63,999 nt of DNA, filler included, from an uncultured bacterium (GCA_964371695.1; 20 parts of 20 records of this genome joined end to end with filler, not necessarily neighbours in it); one strand, 5' to 3'; counted from the first letter of the whole stretch, positions 52,576 through 63,852 are shown. The notes: generated from the letters alone by a model not told the origin. Numbers and translations: made by a program.

Positions 52576-52790
52576 CAGGGCTGCGAAGAATCAGCCCGCC
52601 AAGGGCCATGGATGGCCCGTTCCGCCGCCGGTCCAGAGCGGATGGAGATGTGGTAAAAATGAATTCGGAGCTTTCCAGGGGAAAAGGGCTTTCAGGAAAA
52701 ACGGGTGGGTCTGGACCGTGCGGCGTCGTCCGCAAGGTTTCACGGATGAAACCGGCGGACCAAAATGTAAGCTGGCGCTTCTTTTTAGCG
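52576..52790. other. Structured intergenic element with CATGGATG-loop hairpin (MITE-like)
   Basis: GGGCCATGGATGGCCC; long-range CGGTCCAGA/TCTGGACCG pairing; GTCCGC..GGTTTCA cgga TGAAACC..GCGGAC. Confidence 0.55.
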
Positions 52791-52821
52791 AAGAAAAACA
52801 CAATCCAGTGTCAAGGCGTTT

Positions 52822-53607
52822 ATGAAATCGTCATTTACCCTCCAACTCCCCGGTCGTCTGGCGCTCAAGGTGTGGGCGCGGGACTTCATGGTGTGGCGGC
52901 GGTTTCTGGCCCCCAGCCTGCTGGGCAACCTGGGGGAGCCGTTGTTGTTTTTGGCGGCGGTGGGCCTGGGGCTGGGGCGACTGGTGGAGCAGGTGCAGGG
53001 TGTGCCCTATGTGCAGTTCGTGGCCCCTGGTCTGGCCATGTCCAGCACCATGTACGCCGCCACGCTGGAGGCCTGCTACAACGCCTTCACCCGTTTTGAA
53101 CACCAGAAAACCTATCACGCCATCGTCTCCACGCCTGTTTCGCTGGAGGAAGTCATCGCCGGGGAATGGTTGTGGGCGGCCACCAAGGGGTTTGTGGCCG
53201 GGGCCTCTGTGCTGGCGGTGATGCTGGTGTTTGGCCTGGTGCCCTGGGGCGCGGTGCCGGGCATTTTGCTGGCGGCGGCGGCGGCAGCGCTGTTTTTTGG
53301 CGCGGCGGGTCTGGTGGCCACCAGTCTGGCCTACAGTTATGACTTTTTTCATTACTACCTCACGGGTTTCATCAGCCCCATGTTTCTTTTTGGAGGGGTG
53401 TTTTTTCCGGTGGGGGCGCTGCCGGACTGGTTGCAGCCCTTCAGTCAGGTGATGCCGCTGAACGCCGCCGTGACACTGAGCCGTGGGGCGGTGCTGGGAG
53501 GGCTGGATCCGCTGGGGGTGGTGTGGCGGGGTCTGGCCCTGGCCCTGGGGGGCACAGCCCTGATGCTGGTGGCGGCGTGGCGCGTGAAGGTGCGGCTGTA
53601 CCGGTGA
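52822..53607 (+). CDS. ABC-2 transporter permease (NodJ-like)
   Basis: VWARDF.VW, GNLGEPL, YVQFVAPGL, QKTYHAIVSTP and PMFLFGGVFFP motifs. Confidence 0.88.
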   Translation: MKSSFTLQLPGRLALKVWARDFMVWRRFLAPSLLGNLGEPLLFLAAVGLGLGRLVEQVQGVPYVQFVAPGLAMSSTMYAATLEACYNAFTRFEHQKTYHAIVSTPVSLEEVIAGEWLWAATKGFVAGASVLAVMLVFGLVPWGAVPGILLAAAAAALFFGAAGLVATSLAYSYDFFHYYLTGFISPMFLFGGVFFPVGALPDWLQPFSQVMPLNAAVTLSRGAVLGGLDPLGVVWRGLALALGGTALMLVAAWRVKVRLYR

Positions 53608-53610
53608 GTG

Positions 53611-53700
53611 TTAGAATCTGTTTATAAAGTCCGTCGTGGACTTTATAAACGTACCGCCAGCGGGGGCAAGGCCCCCTTGGCGGGCAAAAAACATGAGTGT
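53611..53700. mobile_element. Family A repeat, truncated copy
   Basis: First ~75 nt nearly identical to 46019-46100. Confidence 0.8.
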
Positions 53701-53750
53701 TTTTGGAGTTGGTGTATCAGGCAGCGCCTGAAAGCCCCACCCTGGATGGC

Positions 53751-54008
53751 GTCATTCCCGCGAAAGCGGGAATCTAGTCAAACATAAAGAAAAGAGGTGG
53801 TTCTTGCTTTTTGTTTCATGCCCTCATCCGGCAGTTTCGCGCTTCGCGCTCAGGCGGGCGAGGACGCCCGCCCTACTCACGCGCCACCTTCTCCCATCCT
53901 TCGGACGGGAGAAGGAAAAGAGCGCGGCTTTTTTTCCCTCTCCCGTGCTTTGCATGGGAGAGGGTGGTTTCCGGTGGTGCAAAGCGCCGCCGGAAACCGG
54001 GTAATGGG
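53751..54008. repeat. Mosaic of palindromic repeats (dRS3-like; CCCTCATCCGG..GCCACCTTCTCCC..GGGAGAAGG with nested GTAG REP; CCCTCTCCC hairpin)
   Basis: Units at 53751-53777, 53821-53915 (nested REP at 53853-53876) and 53936-54008. Confidence 0.8.
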
Positions 54009-54111
54009 CGCGGGAGGTCTTTTGGGATTGCGGCAGCATATTGATGCTGCCGGGCGCGCCCAGCGGCGCGACAGCGCCGGGCAATGTATAAAACACCAAT
54101 AAGATTTTGCC

Positions 54112-54324
54112 TTAACCGGGTGTTGAGAAAGTCCCTCGTGGACTTTCTCAACCTGTTTTGCTCAGGCAAAGCCCTTGCAAAACAGCGCTTTTGCAGGGGT
54201 TTTTTGACCCCTGCAAGCGGCAAAATCCGCTATCGCATTTACTCGGCCAGATGCCCCAATGGGCATCTGGAATGACTCCTCGCAAACTCATGTATTTTCA
54301 GGGTGTTTATCAACACCCTGTTAA
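54112..54324. mobile_element. Complete MITE, family A variant (TIR C.GGGTGTTGA.AAA, TTAA duplication)
   Basis: TTAA-CCGGGTGTTGAGAAA ... TTTATCAACACCCTG-TTAA; internal hairpins colinear with 46019-46231. Confidence 0.87.
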
Positions 54325-54335
54325 AGGACTTTGTC

Positions 54336-54872
54336 CTACGTACTCCGCTTGAGCAGGCTTTTGGCCAGCGCAAAGTAACCGGGGCAGATGAGCGCGCCAC
54401 TCAGCGCGCCTTTTTCTTTCAGGGCGTGGTGTACACCGGGCAGGTGATAGTGGGGCACCGCCGGGTAAAGATGATGCTCCAGGTGGTGGTTCACAAACAG
54501 CGGGGCCACCAGAAAGCGGCTCACCGGATTACCCAGTGTGGTGCGCACGTTCAGCACCGGGTTGTTTTCGTCGGGCACGGCGGCGTGCTCGGCGCAGCCC
54601 CGGAACCGCAGCACCACCTGCAACACCGTGAGCAGCGGCGCGAGCCACAGGGCCAGATACACCCACCACCAGCCCGTGATCACCAGCCCGACCCACAAAA
54701 CGCCGTTGAACAGGGCGATCTCCCACAGGTCGCGGCTGTTTTTTCCCCCCGGCCCGGCCCCCGATCGTTTCAGGCCAGCGCCCATGAGGTAAAGAAAGTT
54801 CTTGCGCACCGTGAGGCCCAGCAGGTCCTTGCCGAACTTGCCCGCCAAATCCAGGGCCGTGCGGGGATAACC
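54336..54872 (-). CDS. Membrane fatty acid desaturase family protein (5' truncated)
   Basis: R..AEH and NHHLEHHLYPAVPHYHLP His box. Confidence 0.85.
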   Translation of the reverse strand, partial: GYPRTALDLAGKFGKDLLGLTVRKNFLYLMGAGLKRSGAGPGGKNSRDLWEIALFNGVLWVGLVITGWWWVYLALWLAPLLTVLQVVLRFRGCAEHAAVPDENNPVLNVRTTLGNPVSRFLVAPLFVNHHLEHHLYPAVPHYHLPGVHHALKEKGALSGALICPGYFALAKSLLKRST

Positions 54873-54972
54873 NNNNNNNNNNNNNNNNNNNNNNNNNNNN
54901 NNNNNNNNNNNNNNNNTTAATTAATTAANNNNNNNNNNNNNNNNNNNNNNNNNNNNNNNNNNNNNNNNNNNN

Positions 54973-55037
54973 CTCCCTGAGGGAGAGGGCAAGGACTGGC
55001 CCTGCCACCTGTCTACGTCAAACATGAATTTGACCTA
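54973..55037. mobile_element. MITE family B, partial copy at contig edge
   Basis: CTCCCTGAGGGAGAGGGCAAG..TGTCTACGTCAAACATGAATTTGACCTA, nearly identical to 13204-13257. Confidence 0.8.
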
Positions 55038-55919
55038 TTTCTCCAGCAGTGCGGCGGCGGTTTCGGTGCGGCGGCCAAAATAAAGCGTGCCCTCGCGCAC
55101 ATAAGCCCATTCCGGGTTCTCTGCCGTGTTCCGCAGGGCGGTTAAAAGCGTCTTGAACGCATCCAGACGGTTTTCGGCCATTTCAAATCCGGCCAGGAAA
55201 TCAAAGGCGTTTTCGCGCTGATAACCCACCGTGCTGTGATACAGGCGTCGAAAAAACAGCTTCACGTGTTCGGCCCCCAGGTGGAAATGCCGCCGCTGAT
55301 CCATTTCTCCCGCCGTGTCATAACGGGGATAAAAAAAGTGCTGGCGGCGCAGGATGTCGGTGTTCCACCACTCTGCCGTCTTATTCACCGGCAGCAGGCA
55401 CATCAGGGGCGCGTCGCGGCCGTTTTTGCGGTGGGGGGCATACATGGCGAGATACTGCTGAAACTCCCGGTGGGTGTAATTTTCTTCGCGCAGCGCGCCC
55501 CACACGCTCAGGCGCGGCCCCAGGTTTCCCAGCACGGCTTCCAGCCGGGCGGCGTCCTGCTCCAGGGCGAATTTGTCGTTGTGCATCAGCACCACCAAGC
55601 CGTGGCTGTTCAGCATCATGTCGTTGATGGGCCTGGCCCAGGCGGCCTTGAAATCGCCGGGGGGCGCGGCGTGGCAAAGGTTTCTGGCGGTGCGCAGAAA
55701 AGCCACCGTGCGGGCCTCGCGGGCGGTGCTCTGGTTGTCGGCGTGAAAGTCGTTGAAGTAGTCCTTTGTCACGTCCTCCAGCTCTGCTGCAAAACGGGCC
55801 GCCTCCACCCCCACCAGTGTGCGCCGCAGGTCAAAAAAACAGAACAGGGCGCTGGACAGGTTTTTGCGCGCCATCACCACGTTGGTGAGGCCATCGAGAC
55901 TGTCGGGGCGTTGGGTCAT
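55035..55919 (-). CDS. Chlorite dismutase family heme protein
   Basis: PVNKTAEWW..RR, His followed 13 residues later by Arg in RRLYHST, FDFL..FE, LR..PEW.YVREG..FG motifs. Confidence 0.78.
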   Translation of the reverse strand: MTQRPDSLDGLTNVVMARKNLSSALFCFFDLRRTLVGVEAARFAAELEDVTKDYFNDFHADNQSTAREARTVAFLRTARNLCHAAPPGDFKAAWARPINDMMLNSHGLVVLMHNDKFALEQDAARLEAVLGNLGPRLSVWGALREENYTHREFQQYLAMYAPHRKNGRDAPLMCLLPVNKTAEWWNTDILRRQHFFYPRYDTAGEMDQRRHFHLGAEHVKLFFRRLYHSTVGYQRENAFDFLAGFEMAENRLDAFKTLLTALRNTAENPEWAYVREGTLYFGRRTETAAALLEK

Positions 55920-55921
55920 GG

Positions 55922-56866
55922 TTAATCCCGGCTCACCACGTCCGCCACGGCGGCCTGAACACGGGCCAGCCTGTCGCGGCTCAGCTTGAAACCGCTGGCC
56001 CCGTGGTTGTGCAGGGCCTGGGCCGGTGTGCGCGCCCCCGCCAGCGCCACCATGCTGTGGGGTCGGCTCAGCACCCACATCAGGGCCAGTTGACCCACGG
56101 TCTTGTCCAGTTCCGCCGCCAGGGGTTTGAGTTTTTCCACCGCAGCGCTGATGTCGGCAAAACGCTTGCCCTGAAAGTTTTTGTCTTTGCCGCGAATGTC
56201 GTCACCCGCAAACACCGGGGGCGAGGTGTATTTGCCCGTGAGCAGGCCCCGGCACAGGGGGCCATAGGCCAGCACCCCCAGGCCGTGCTGCAGGGCGATG
56301 GGCAACACGGTGTCCACGGTGCGTTGCTCCAGCAGGTTCAGGGGCGTCTGCACGGTGCTGGCCCCGGCGGCCACTGCCTGACGCAGCAGATCCCCTTCAA
56401 AGTTACACACCCCCCAGTGGCGCACCAGCCCTTCGTCCCGAAAGGCCCGCATCTGGGCCAGCGTGTCTTCCACCGGCGTGTTTTTGTCGGGCCAGTGAAT
56501 CTGGTACAGGTCAATCACGTCCACACCCAGGCGGCGAAGGCTTTCGCGCACCTCGCGCCGCAGGTTTTCGGGGGAATTGTCCACACGCAGCCTGCCCTGG
56601 TCGTCCCACACCAAACCACACTTGGTGGCCACCTTCACGGTGTGGGGCGCGCCCAACATGGCCTTTTTTACGAGTTCTTCGCTGTGGCCCTGGCCATAGG
56701 CGGGGGCGGTGTCGATAAGGGTGCAGCCGTTTTGAATGGCGGCCTGCATGGCAGCCACGCTGGTGGCGTCGTCGCTGGGGCCCCAGTGGTTGCCGCCCAC
56801 GGCCCAGGCCCCAAAGGCGATGTCTGAAACAAAAAGATTGGTGTGTCCCAGCTTGAGTGTCTGCAC
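55922..56866 (-). CDS. Aldo/keto reductase
   Basis: FGAWAVGG, IDTAPAYG.GHSE, ATKCG, IDLYQIHWPD and YGPLCRGLLTGK motifs. Confidence 0.95.
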   Translation of the reverse strand: MQTLKLGHTNLFVSDIAFGAWAVGGNHWGPSDDATSVAAMQAAIQNGCTLIDTAPAYGQGHSEELVKKAMLGAPHTVKVATKCGLVWDDQGRLRVDNSPENLRREVRESLRRLGVDVIDLYQIHWPDKNTPVEDTLAQMRAFRDEGLVRHWGVCNFEGDLLRQAVAAGASTVQTPLNLLEQRTVDTVLPIALQHGLGVLAYGPLCRGLLTGKYTSPPVFAGDDIRGKDKNFQGKRFADISAAVEKLKPLAAELDKTVGQLALMWVLSRPHSMVALAGARTPAQALHNHGASGFKLSRDRLARVQAAVADVVSRD

Positions 56867-56950
56867 GGGGGGATGTTAATACCAACTTGCAGAAAGGACG
56901 TGACAAACCCCCTCTTCACGCGTGCGGTGCAGACAGGTTAAGATGATTAG

Positions 56951-57571
56951 GTGGAGAACCCCTCCGGCAACGGCTTGGCCACGGAAGCCCCGCCGCCGCA
57001 GGCGCCAAGCCCTGCGCCGCCGTCGGGTTCCGCCGCGCCGCCGCCAACCCGGGCCTGGCTGGTGGCGCTCTCGTCGGTGCTGCTGATCGCCACGGCCACT
57101 TGGCTGGCCACCCATGCGCTGCGCCGTTATCACATGGGGCAGATTGGCGCACGCCGGGTGGTGATAAGAGGTGATGAGGTGTTTGCCGACGTGGAAGAGA
57201 TACTGGAAAAATACCGTCAGGCCCTGTCTGGTTACGACCAGATCATCGCCGAAGCCCCCAAGCTGGCGGCAGAGCGCAACCGACTGCTGCTGCGCAAGGC
57301 CGAGGCCGACCGACAGATTGAGGAACTGCGGGCCCGCACCGACATCACCGCCGCCCAGCGCGAAGAAATGCTGGTGGAGATGGAGCGACGGGCGGCGGGC
57401 ATACAGATTGACCTGAACACCAACAAAAGCGCCGAGCTGCGCATTCCCACGGCGCAAAAAAACAAGACCATGGCCTGCAAGGAAATGCGCGGCCTGCTGG
57501 CCCGCGTGAAAACCCAGGAACGTCAGGTACAGTGGAAAGCCCATATTCTGGCGCTTTGCGCGGGGTATTGA
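56951..57571 (+). CDS. Hypothetical membrane-anchored coiled-coil protein
   Basis: Pro-rich N-terminus, one TM helix and heptad-rich body; coding-like codon usage. Confidence 0.6.
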   Translation: MENPSGNGLATEAPPPQAPSPAPPSGSAAPPPTRAWLVALSSVLLIATATWLATHALRRYHMGQIGARRVVIRGDEVFADVEEILEKYRQALSGYDQIIAEAPKLAAERNRLLLRKAEADRQIEELRARTDITAAQREEMLVEMERRAAGIQIDLNTNKSAELRIPTAQKNKTMACKEMRGLLARVKTQERQVQWKAHILALCAGY

Positions 57572-57640
57572 GGCGGGGATTTGGGGAGGGGCGTCCACAC
57601 GCCGCCGGGCGGCGTATGGTAAAAATTGAATAACAAGGAC

Positions 57641-57679
57641 TTGATTATTCAAATTTGACTATTCAAACTGGTCTATACT
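57641..57679. promoter_or_regulatory. Putative PadR operator and -10 box
   Basis: Palindrome TATTCAAATTTGACTA (57646-57661), direct repeat TTGAYTATTCAAA x2 and TATACT at 57674. Confidence 0.5.
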
Positions 57680-57695
57680 CCTTTTTCGCGCACCC

Positions 57696-58047
57696 ATGTT
57701 CACGCCCACGCCCACCATGCAGCCCAAATACGCCAGCCGCCCGGCGCACTTTGACACCGCCGCGCTGCTGCTGCTGGGCATGCTCATGGAGGGCGAAAAA
57801 CACGGCTACGAAATCAAGCAGATTGTGGACAGCCGCCTGTCGCGCCTCACGGACATCAGCAGCGGCACCATTTATTACACCCTCAAAAAACTCGAAAAAA
57901 AGCGCTTTGTGGTGCGCTCGCGCAAACGCGAGGGCAACCGGCCAGAGCGCCGCGTCTTCGCCATCACCGACGAAGGCCGCAAGCAGTTTGAGTCGCTGCT
58001 GGCCGAGAGTTTCCGCCAGAACGACGAGACCTATTACACCTTTGACG
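57696..58047 (+). CDS. PadR-family transcriptional regulator (3' truncated)
   Basis: LLGML..KHGYEIK, GTIYYTLKKLEK and PERRVFAITDEGR motifs. Confidence 0.92.
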
Positions 58048-58147
58048 NNNNNNNNNNNNNNNNNNNNNNNNNNNNNNNNNNNNNNNNNNNNTTAATTAAT
58101 TAANNNNNNNNNNNNNNNNNNNNNNNNNNNNNNNNNNNNNNNNNNNN

Positions 58148-58440
58148 CTTTCAAGATCGGCATTGGCGTGAGTGCTGGCGCGGTGGTGGCGGGCAACACC
58201 GGCAGCGACCAGCGGCTGCACGACACTGTGCTGGGTGACGAGGTGAATCTCGCGAGCCGGGTGGAGTCCCTGACCAAGCAATACGGCGTGATGTTCATGA
58301 TCACCGAAAACACCCGTGTGCGCCTGAAGGGGAACTATGTGATGCGTGAACTGGACCGGGTGACCGTGAAGGGCCAGAGCAAACCCGTGGCCATTTATGA
58401 AGTGCTGGCGGAAGAACCGGCTCCGGCTGTTGTTGTCTGA
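58148..58440 (+). CDS. Class III adenylate/guanylate cyclase C-terminus (5' truncated)
   Basis: IGIGVSAG.VVAGN.GS..TVLGDEVNLASRVE..K and VKGQSKPVAIYE motifs. Confidence 0.9.
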
Positions 58441-58442
58441 CA

Positions 58443-59153
58443 ATGGCCGGACGCAACCAGCAACTCACGCGCCGGTGGTTTGAGCGCCACCACGAAGACT
58501 ATGACGTGTTTATTGTGCAGGCCCAGCGGGGGTTGTATGAAAACGCTGGCCCGGCGCTGAGCCGCCACGTGTCGGGGCGCACGCTGGTGGTGGGCAGCGG
58601 GCCGTTGCTGAACTTCGCCGCCGGGGCCGCCGAGATGCCGCCGGTGTGTCTGGACCTGGCGCACGCGCCTTTGGTGCGGCTGGGGCAGGGGCCCTGGGCC
58701 GAAAAAATAATGCCGGTGTGTGCCGACGCCGCCGCCCTGCCGTTCAAGTCCACTTCGTTTGACACGGTGGTGATTCCTTTTGTGCTGCACCACGTGGCCC
58801 AGGACTCGGTGCGCGCCACGCAGCACACGGCGGAAAAAATTCTGGCTGAAGCCGCCAGGGTGGTGGTGGCCGGGGGCCGGGTGGTGGTGATGGACCTTTT
58901 TCTCGAAGGATTTTTTCACGCCCTGCAACGGGGTTTTTATGGGCCGGTGCGGGGACTTCTGAACACGCTGGGGCAACCCATGATGTTTTTTCAGAATTCT
59001 GCGGCTCTGTCGGCGCAGGGCCTGCGGCTGGATAAAAAAGAGGAGGTGCCTTTTCCCGACCGCATTGTGCCCACACTGCTCATTCCCCGGTGGCAGGTGA
59101 ACTCCCGCTGGCATCCGGCCCGCATCAACATATTGATTTTTGATAAAGATTGA
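58443..59153 (+). CDS. Class I SAM-dependent methyltransferase
   Basis: LVVGSG, ADAAALPFKSTSFD, VLHHV and ARVVVAGG motifs. Confidence 0.78.
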   Translation: MAGRNQQLTRRWFERHHEDYDVFIVQAQRGLYENAGPALSRHVSGRTLVVGSGPLLNFAAGAAEMPPVCLDLAHAPLVRLGQGPWAEKIMPVCADAAALPFKSTSFDTVVIPFVLHHVAQDSVRATQHTAEKILAEAARVVVAGGRVVVMDLFLEGFFHALQRGFYGPVRGLLNTLGQPMMFFQNSAALSAQGLRLDKKEEVPFPDRIVPTLLIPRWQVNSRWHPARINILIFDKD

Positions 59154-59300
59154 AAAACATGCCGCATCCTGACAAATCCGGTCATCTGTTTATAACTTGT
59201 CCCAGAGGCCAACACCCTGTACCATCCCCAAACCCGTTTCCCGTAATCCAGGAAATTTCGTGCACCACAACACCAAACCACCATGTTCAGGAGGAATACC

Positions 59301-60362
59301 ATGACCACACGCTGCTCTGCCCTGAAGGCTTGGCTTAAGCCTTCGGCTCTGCTGGTGGCCGCCGCCACATTGGCTGGCAGCGCCGCCCTTGCCCCACGCG
59401 CCTTCGCCGAAGAAGAAGAAGACGCATTTGGCGGCATTGCCCACACCACCTTTTACATGATCAAAGAGGTGACCATGGACCCTGCGGCTCCCAAGGCGGG
59501 CCAAAAGGTGAAGGTCATGGCCAAGCTGGCGCTGAGCTCTGACGAAGAAGAAAACTCGGTGAAGGCCGCCACGGTGTTTCACCGGGCCGGCGCCGCCAAC
59601 ACCAGCGCCTCCATGAAAATCACCATGGGCGGCACCGGTGGCTCCGAAGCCACGCTGGAGGGCGAAATCACCGCCGCCGCAGGCAAAAACCAGGTGTGGC
59701 TGTCCATCAAGGATCAATACGGCAACATCACCACCGAAGGCCCCGCCATTGCTGGCGCCTTCCCCCCCAAGGCGGCGGACATGCTGCCCGGCGGCTCGGA
59801 CATCGACAACCCCGCCGACATTGTGCCCGACGACATGGACATCGTTGAAACTGCCGTGGCCTATGACGACAAATATCTCTACACATACTTCAAGGTGCAG
59901 GGCAAAATCAGCGGCGGCACCATTGACCCGCCCCAGGTGAACATCTACGGCACCAAGGTGACCAACCCCGATGTGGACGAAGGCGAAGGCCTGCTGATTG
60001 GCAAAGTGCTGGGTCATGCGCCCCTGGCTCCCGAAATCGCCAAAAAGTTTGAAAAACAGCTCAAAGAGAACAACATCGACATTCCCTTTGAAAGCCTGAA
60101 TCTGGCGATTCTGGACCTTCAGAAACTGATGGAAGACCCCAAGTCGGGCTTCAAGATCGGTGTGGGCGAAAAACTGCAAACAAACGGCGGCGAACTGTTC
60201 GGCGCAATGCCCCTGGAAATTTTCGGCGAAAACAAAAGCGGCATCCTGCGGGCCATTTCGCTGGGCATCGCCAACGCCAGCGTCGAGGCGCTGGTGCCGA
60301 TTCCTTACAACTGCAGCCACTTCACCCAGCTCTATCGCCGCACCCACGATTTTGACGGCTAG
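59301..60362 (+). CDS. Exported protein of unknown function
   Basis: SD AGGAGG, signal peptide ending AFA, beta-rich acidic body, strong codon bias and its own terminator. Confidence 0.75.
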   Translation: MTTRCSALKAWLKPSALLVAAATLAGSAALAPRAFAEEEEDAFGGIAHTTFYMIKEVTMDPAAPKAGQKVKVMAKLALSSDEEENSVKAATVFHRAGAANTSASMKITMGGTGGSEATLEGEITAAAGKNQVWLSIKDQYGNITTEGPAIAGAFPPKAADMLPGGSDIDNPADIVPDDMDIVETAVAYDDKYLYTYFKVQGKISGGTIDPPQVNIYGTKVTNPDVDEGEGLLIGKVLGHAPLAPEIAKKFEKQLKENNIDIPFESLNLAILDLQKLMEDPKSGFKIGVGEKLQTNGGELFGAMPLEIFGENKSGILRAISLGIANASVEALVPIPYNCSHFTQLYRRTHDFDG

Positions 60363-60388
60363 GCCTGGACACTCATTAAGCTCTTCCG

Positions 60389-60416
60389 AAAGGGGCGGTG
60401 AAAACCGCCCCTTTTT
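60389..60416 (+). terminator. Intrinsic terminator
   Basis: AAAGGGGCGGT-GAAA-ACCGCCCCTTTTT. Confidence 0.85.
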
Positions 60417-60454
60417 CATTTGCTGTTTGAGCCATCTTTTTCTAACCTTCGCCC

Positions 60455-61045
60455 ATGACTTCCAACCCGTTGACGAACCGTTATTCCCGTCTGGCCAGCA
60501 TGGTCCTGATGGCCGCTGCTGTGGGGCTGCCCTTTCATGCCCAGGCCGCGCCCAAAAAGAAACCCAACCCCATTGCGCCGCGCAACGCGCTGAGCATGAC
60601 GCCGGGCTTGTGGAAGTTCACCGTGGCAGGGGGCATGTACATTCCCCGCGAAGGAAACCTGGACGCCGGGCCGGTGGTGGAAGTGGAAGCCAGCCGTGTG
60701 CTGGGTGAAAAAAACCGCGTGGGACTGGGCTTGGGCATGGCGTTTGGCGATATCCAGTCCGCGCCCGGCTTTGAGCGTGAAAGCGCTCAGAAATATCTGC
60801 ACCTCACCTACACCCATCACTCCAACGTCAAAAATCCCATGGGACATTTTTATTACGGCGGCGGCCTTTCGTGGGGCCAGCAGCGGGCAGTGGCCGGGGG
60901 CAAGGCCAACGGCGCGGGCATGCATCTGCTGGCGGGTTATCTGTGGCGGTCGGGGTTTGTGCTGCAAACCCGCTACACCCGTCTGGATGAAGACAAAAAC
61001 ACCGATCTCGGTGGCTTTGGCATGATGGCCGGTTATTCGTTCTGA
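60455..61045 (+). CDS. Small outer-membrane beta-barrel protein
   Basis: Signal peptide, alternating Gly/aromatic strands (YYGGGL, LLAGY) and a C-terminal GYSF beta-signal. Confidence 0.72.
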   Translation: MTSNPLTNRYSRLASMVLMAAAVGLPFHAQAAPKKKPNPIAPRNALSMTPGLWKFTVAGGMYIPREGNLDAGPVVEVEASRVLGEKNRVGLGLGMAFGDIQSAPGFERESAQKYLHLTYTHHSNVKNPMGHFYYGGGLSWGQQRAVAGGKANGAGMHLLAGYLWRSGFVLQTRYTRLDEDKNTDLGGFGMMAGYSF

Positions 61046-61222
61046 GAACCTGTTTTTTCAACCACGCAATTTCAACAATTTCGTGGGCTGTATTTTGTGG
61101 GGACGCTGTCCCCACACCCCTGCCGGGGGAACAAGAACCGGGAAAATTCATGGCCATCCATGGCGGATGGTTCCAGGGCATCCATCCGTGGATGCCCGTT
61201 CGACGGGCCAGAGCATCAATAT
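61043..61222. mobile_element. MITE-like composite (AGAACCTGTTT end, family C hairpin, CATCCATG hairpins), truncated
   Basis: Same end motif as 46021; GTGGGGAC..GTCCCCACACCCCTGCCGG; GCCATCCATGGC; GGGCATCCA..TGGATGCCC. Confidence 0.65.
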
Positions 61223-61363
61223 NNNNNNNNNNNNNNNNNNNNNNNNNNNNNNNNNNNNNNNNNNNNTTAATTAATTAANNNNNNNNNNNNNNNNNNNNNN
61301 NNNNNNNNNNNNNNNNNNNNNNGTAAAGGGGAGAGGGTAATAAGGTGGTTTTTTATGTTTGAA

Positions 61364-61390
61364 CTGGATTCCCGCTTTCGCGGGAATGAC
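61364..61390 (-). repeat. dRS3-like palindrome (copy)
   Basis: CTGGATTCCCGCTTTCGCGGGAATGAC. Confidence 0.88.
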
Positions 61391-61495
61391 GCCGGGAAGG
61401 GCCTTTCGCCTTTACGTAAACACCTCCAGCCTCCGGTCTGATTTTCTGCCCTGCCAAAGGGTTTGTCGCAACGACCTGTTAAACTTGGTGCAGGC

Positions 61496-63784
<2,289 letters not shown>

Positions 63785-63852
63785 AGAACTGGAAGTTGGC
63801 GGTCGGTAAAAGAAAAGGCCCAACCACCAACATCCAGAATCCAGCTTCTGGC

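Noticed and set aside
45432-54872. Apparent lipid/export cluster (hydroxylase, carboxylase, TolC, ABC permease, desaturase)
   Set aside because: The genes lie on three different contigs that are adjacent only because of length sorting.
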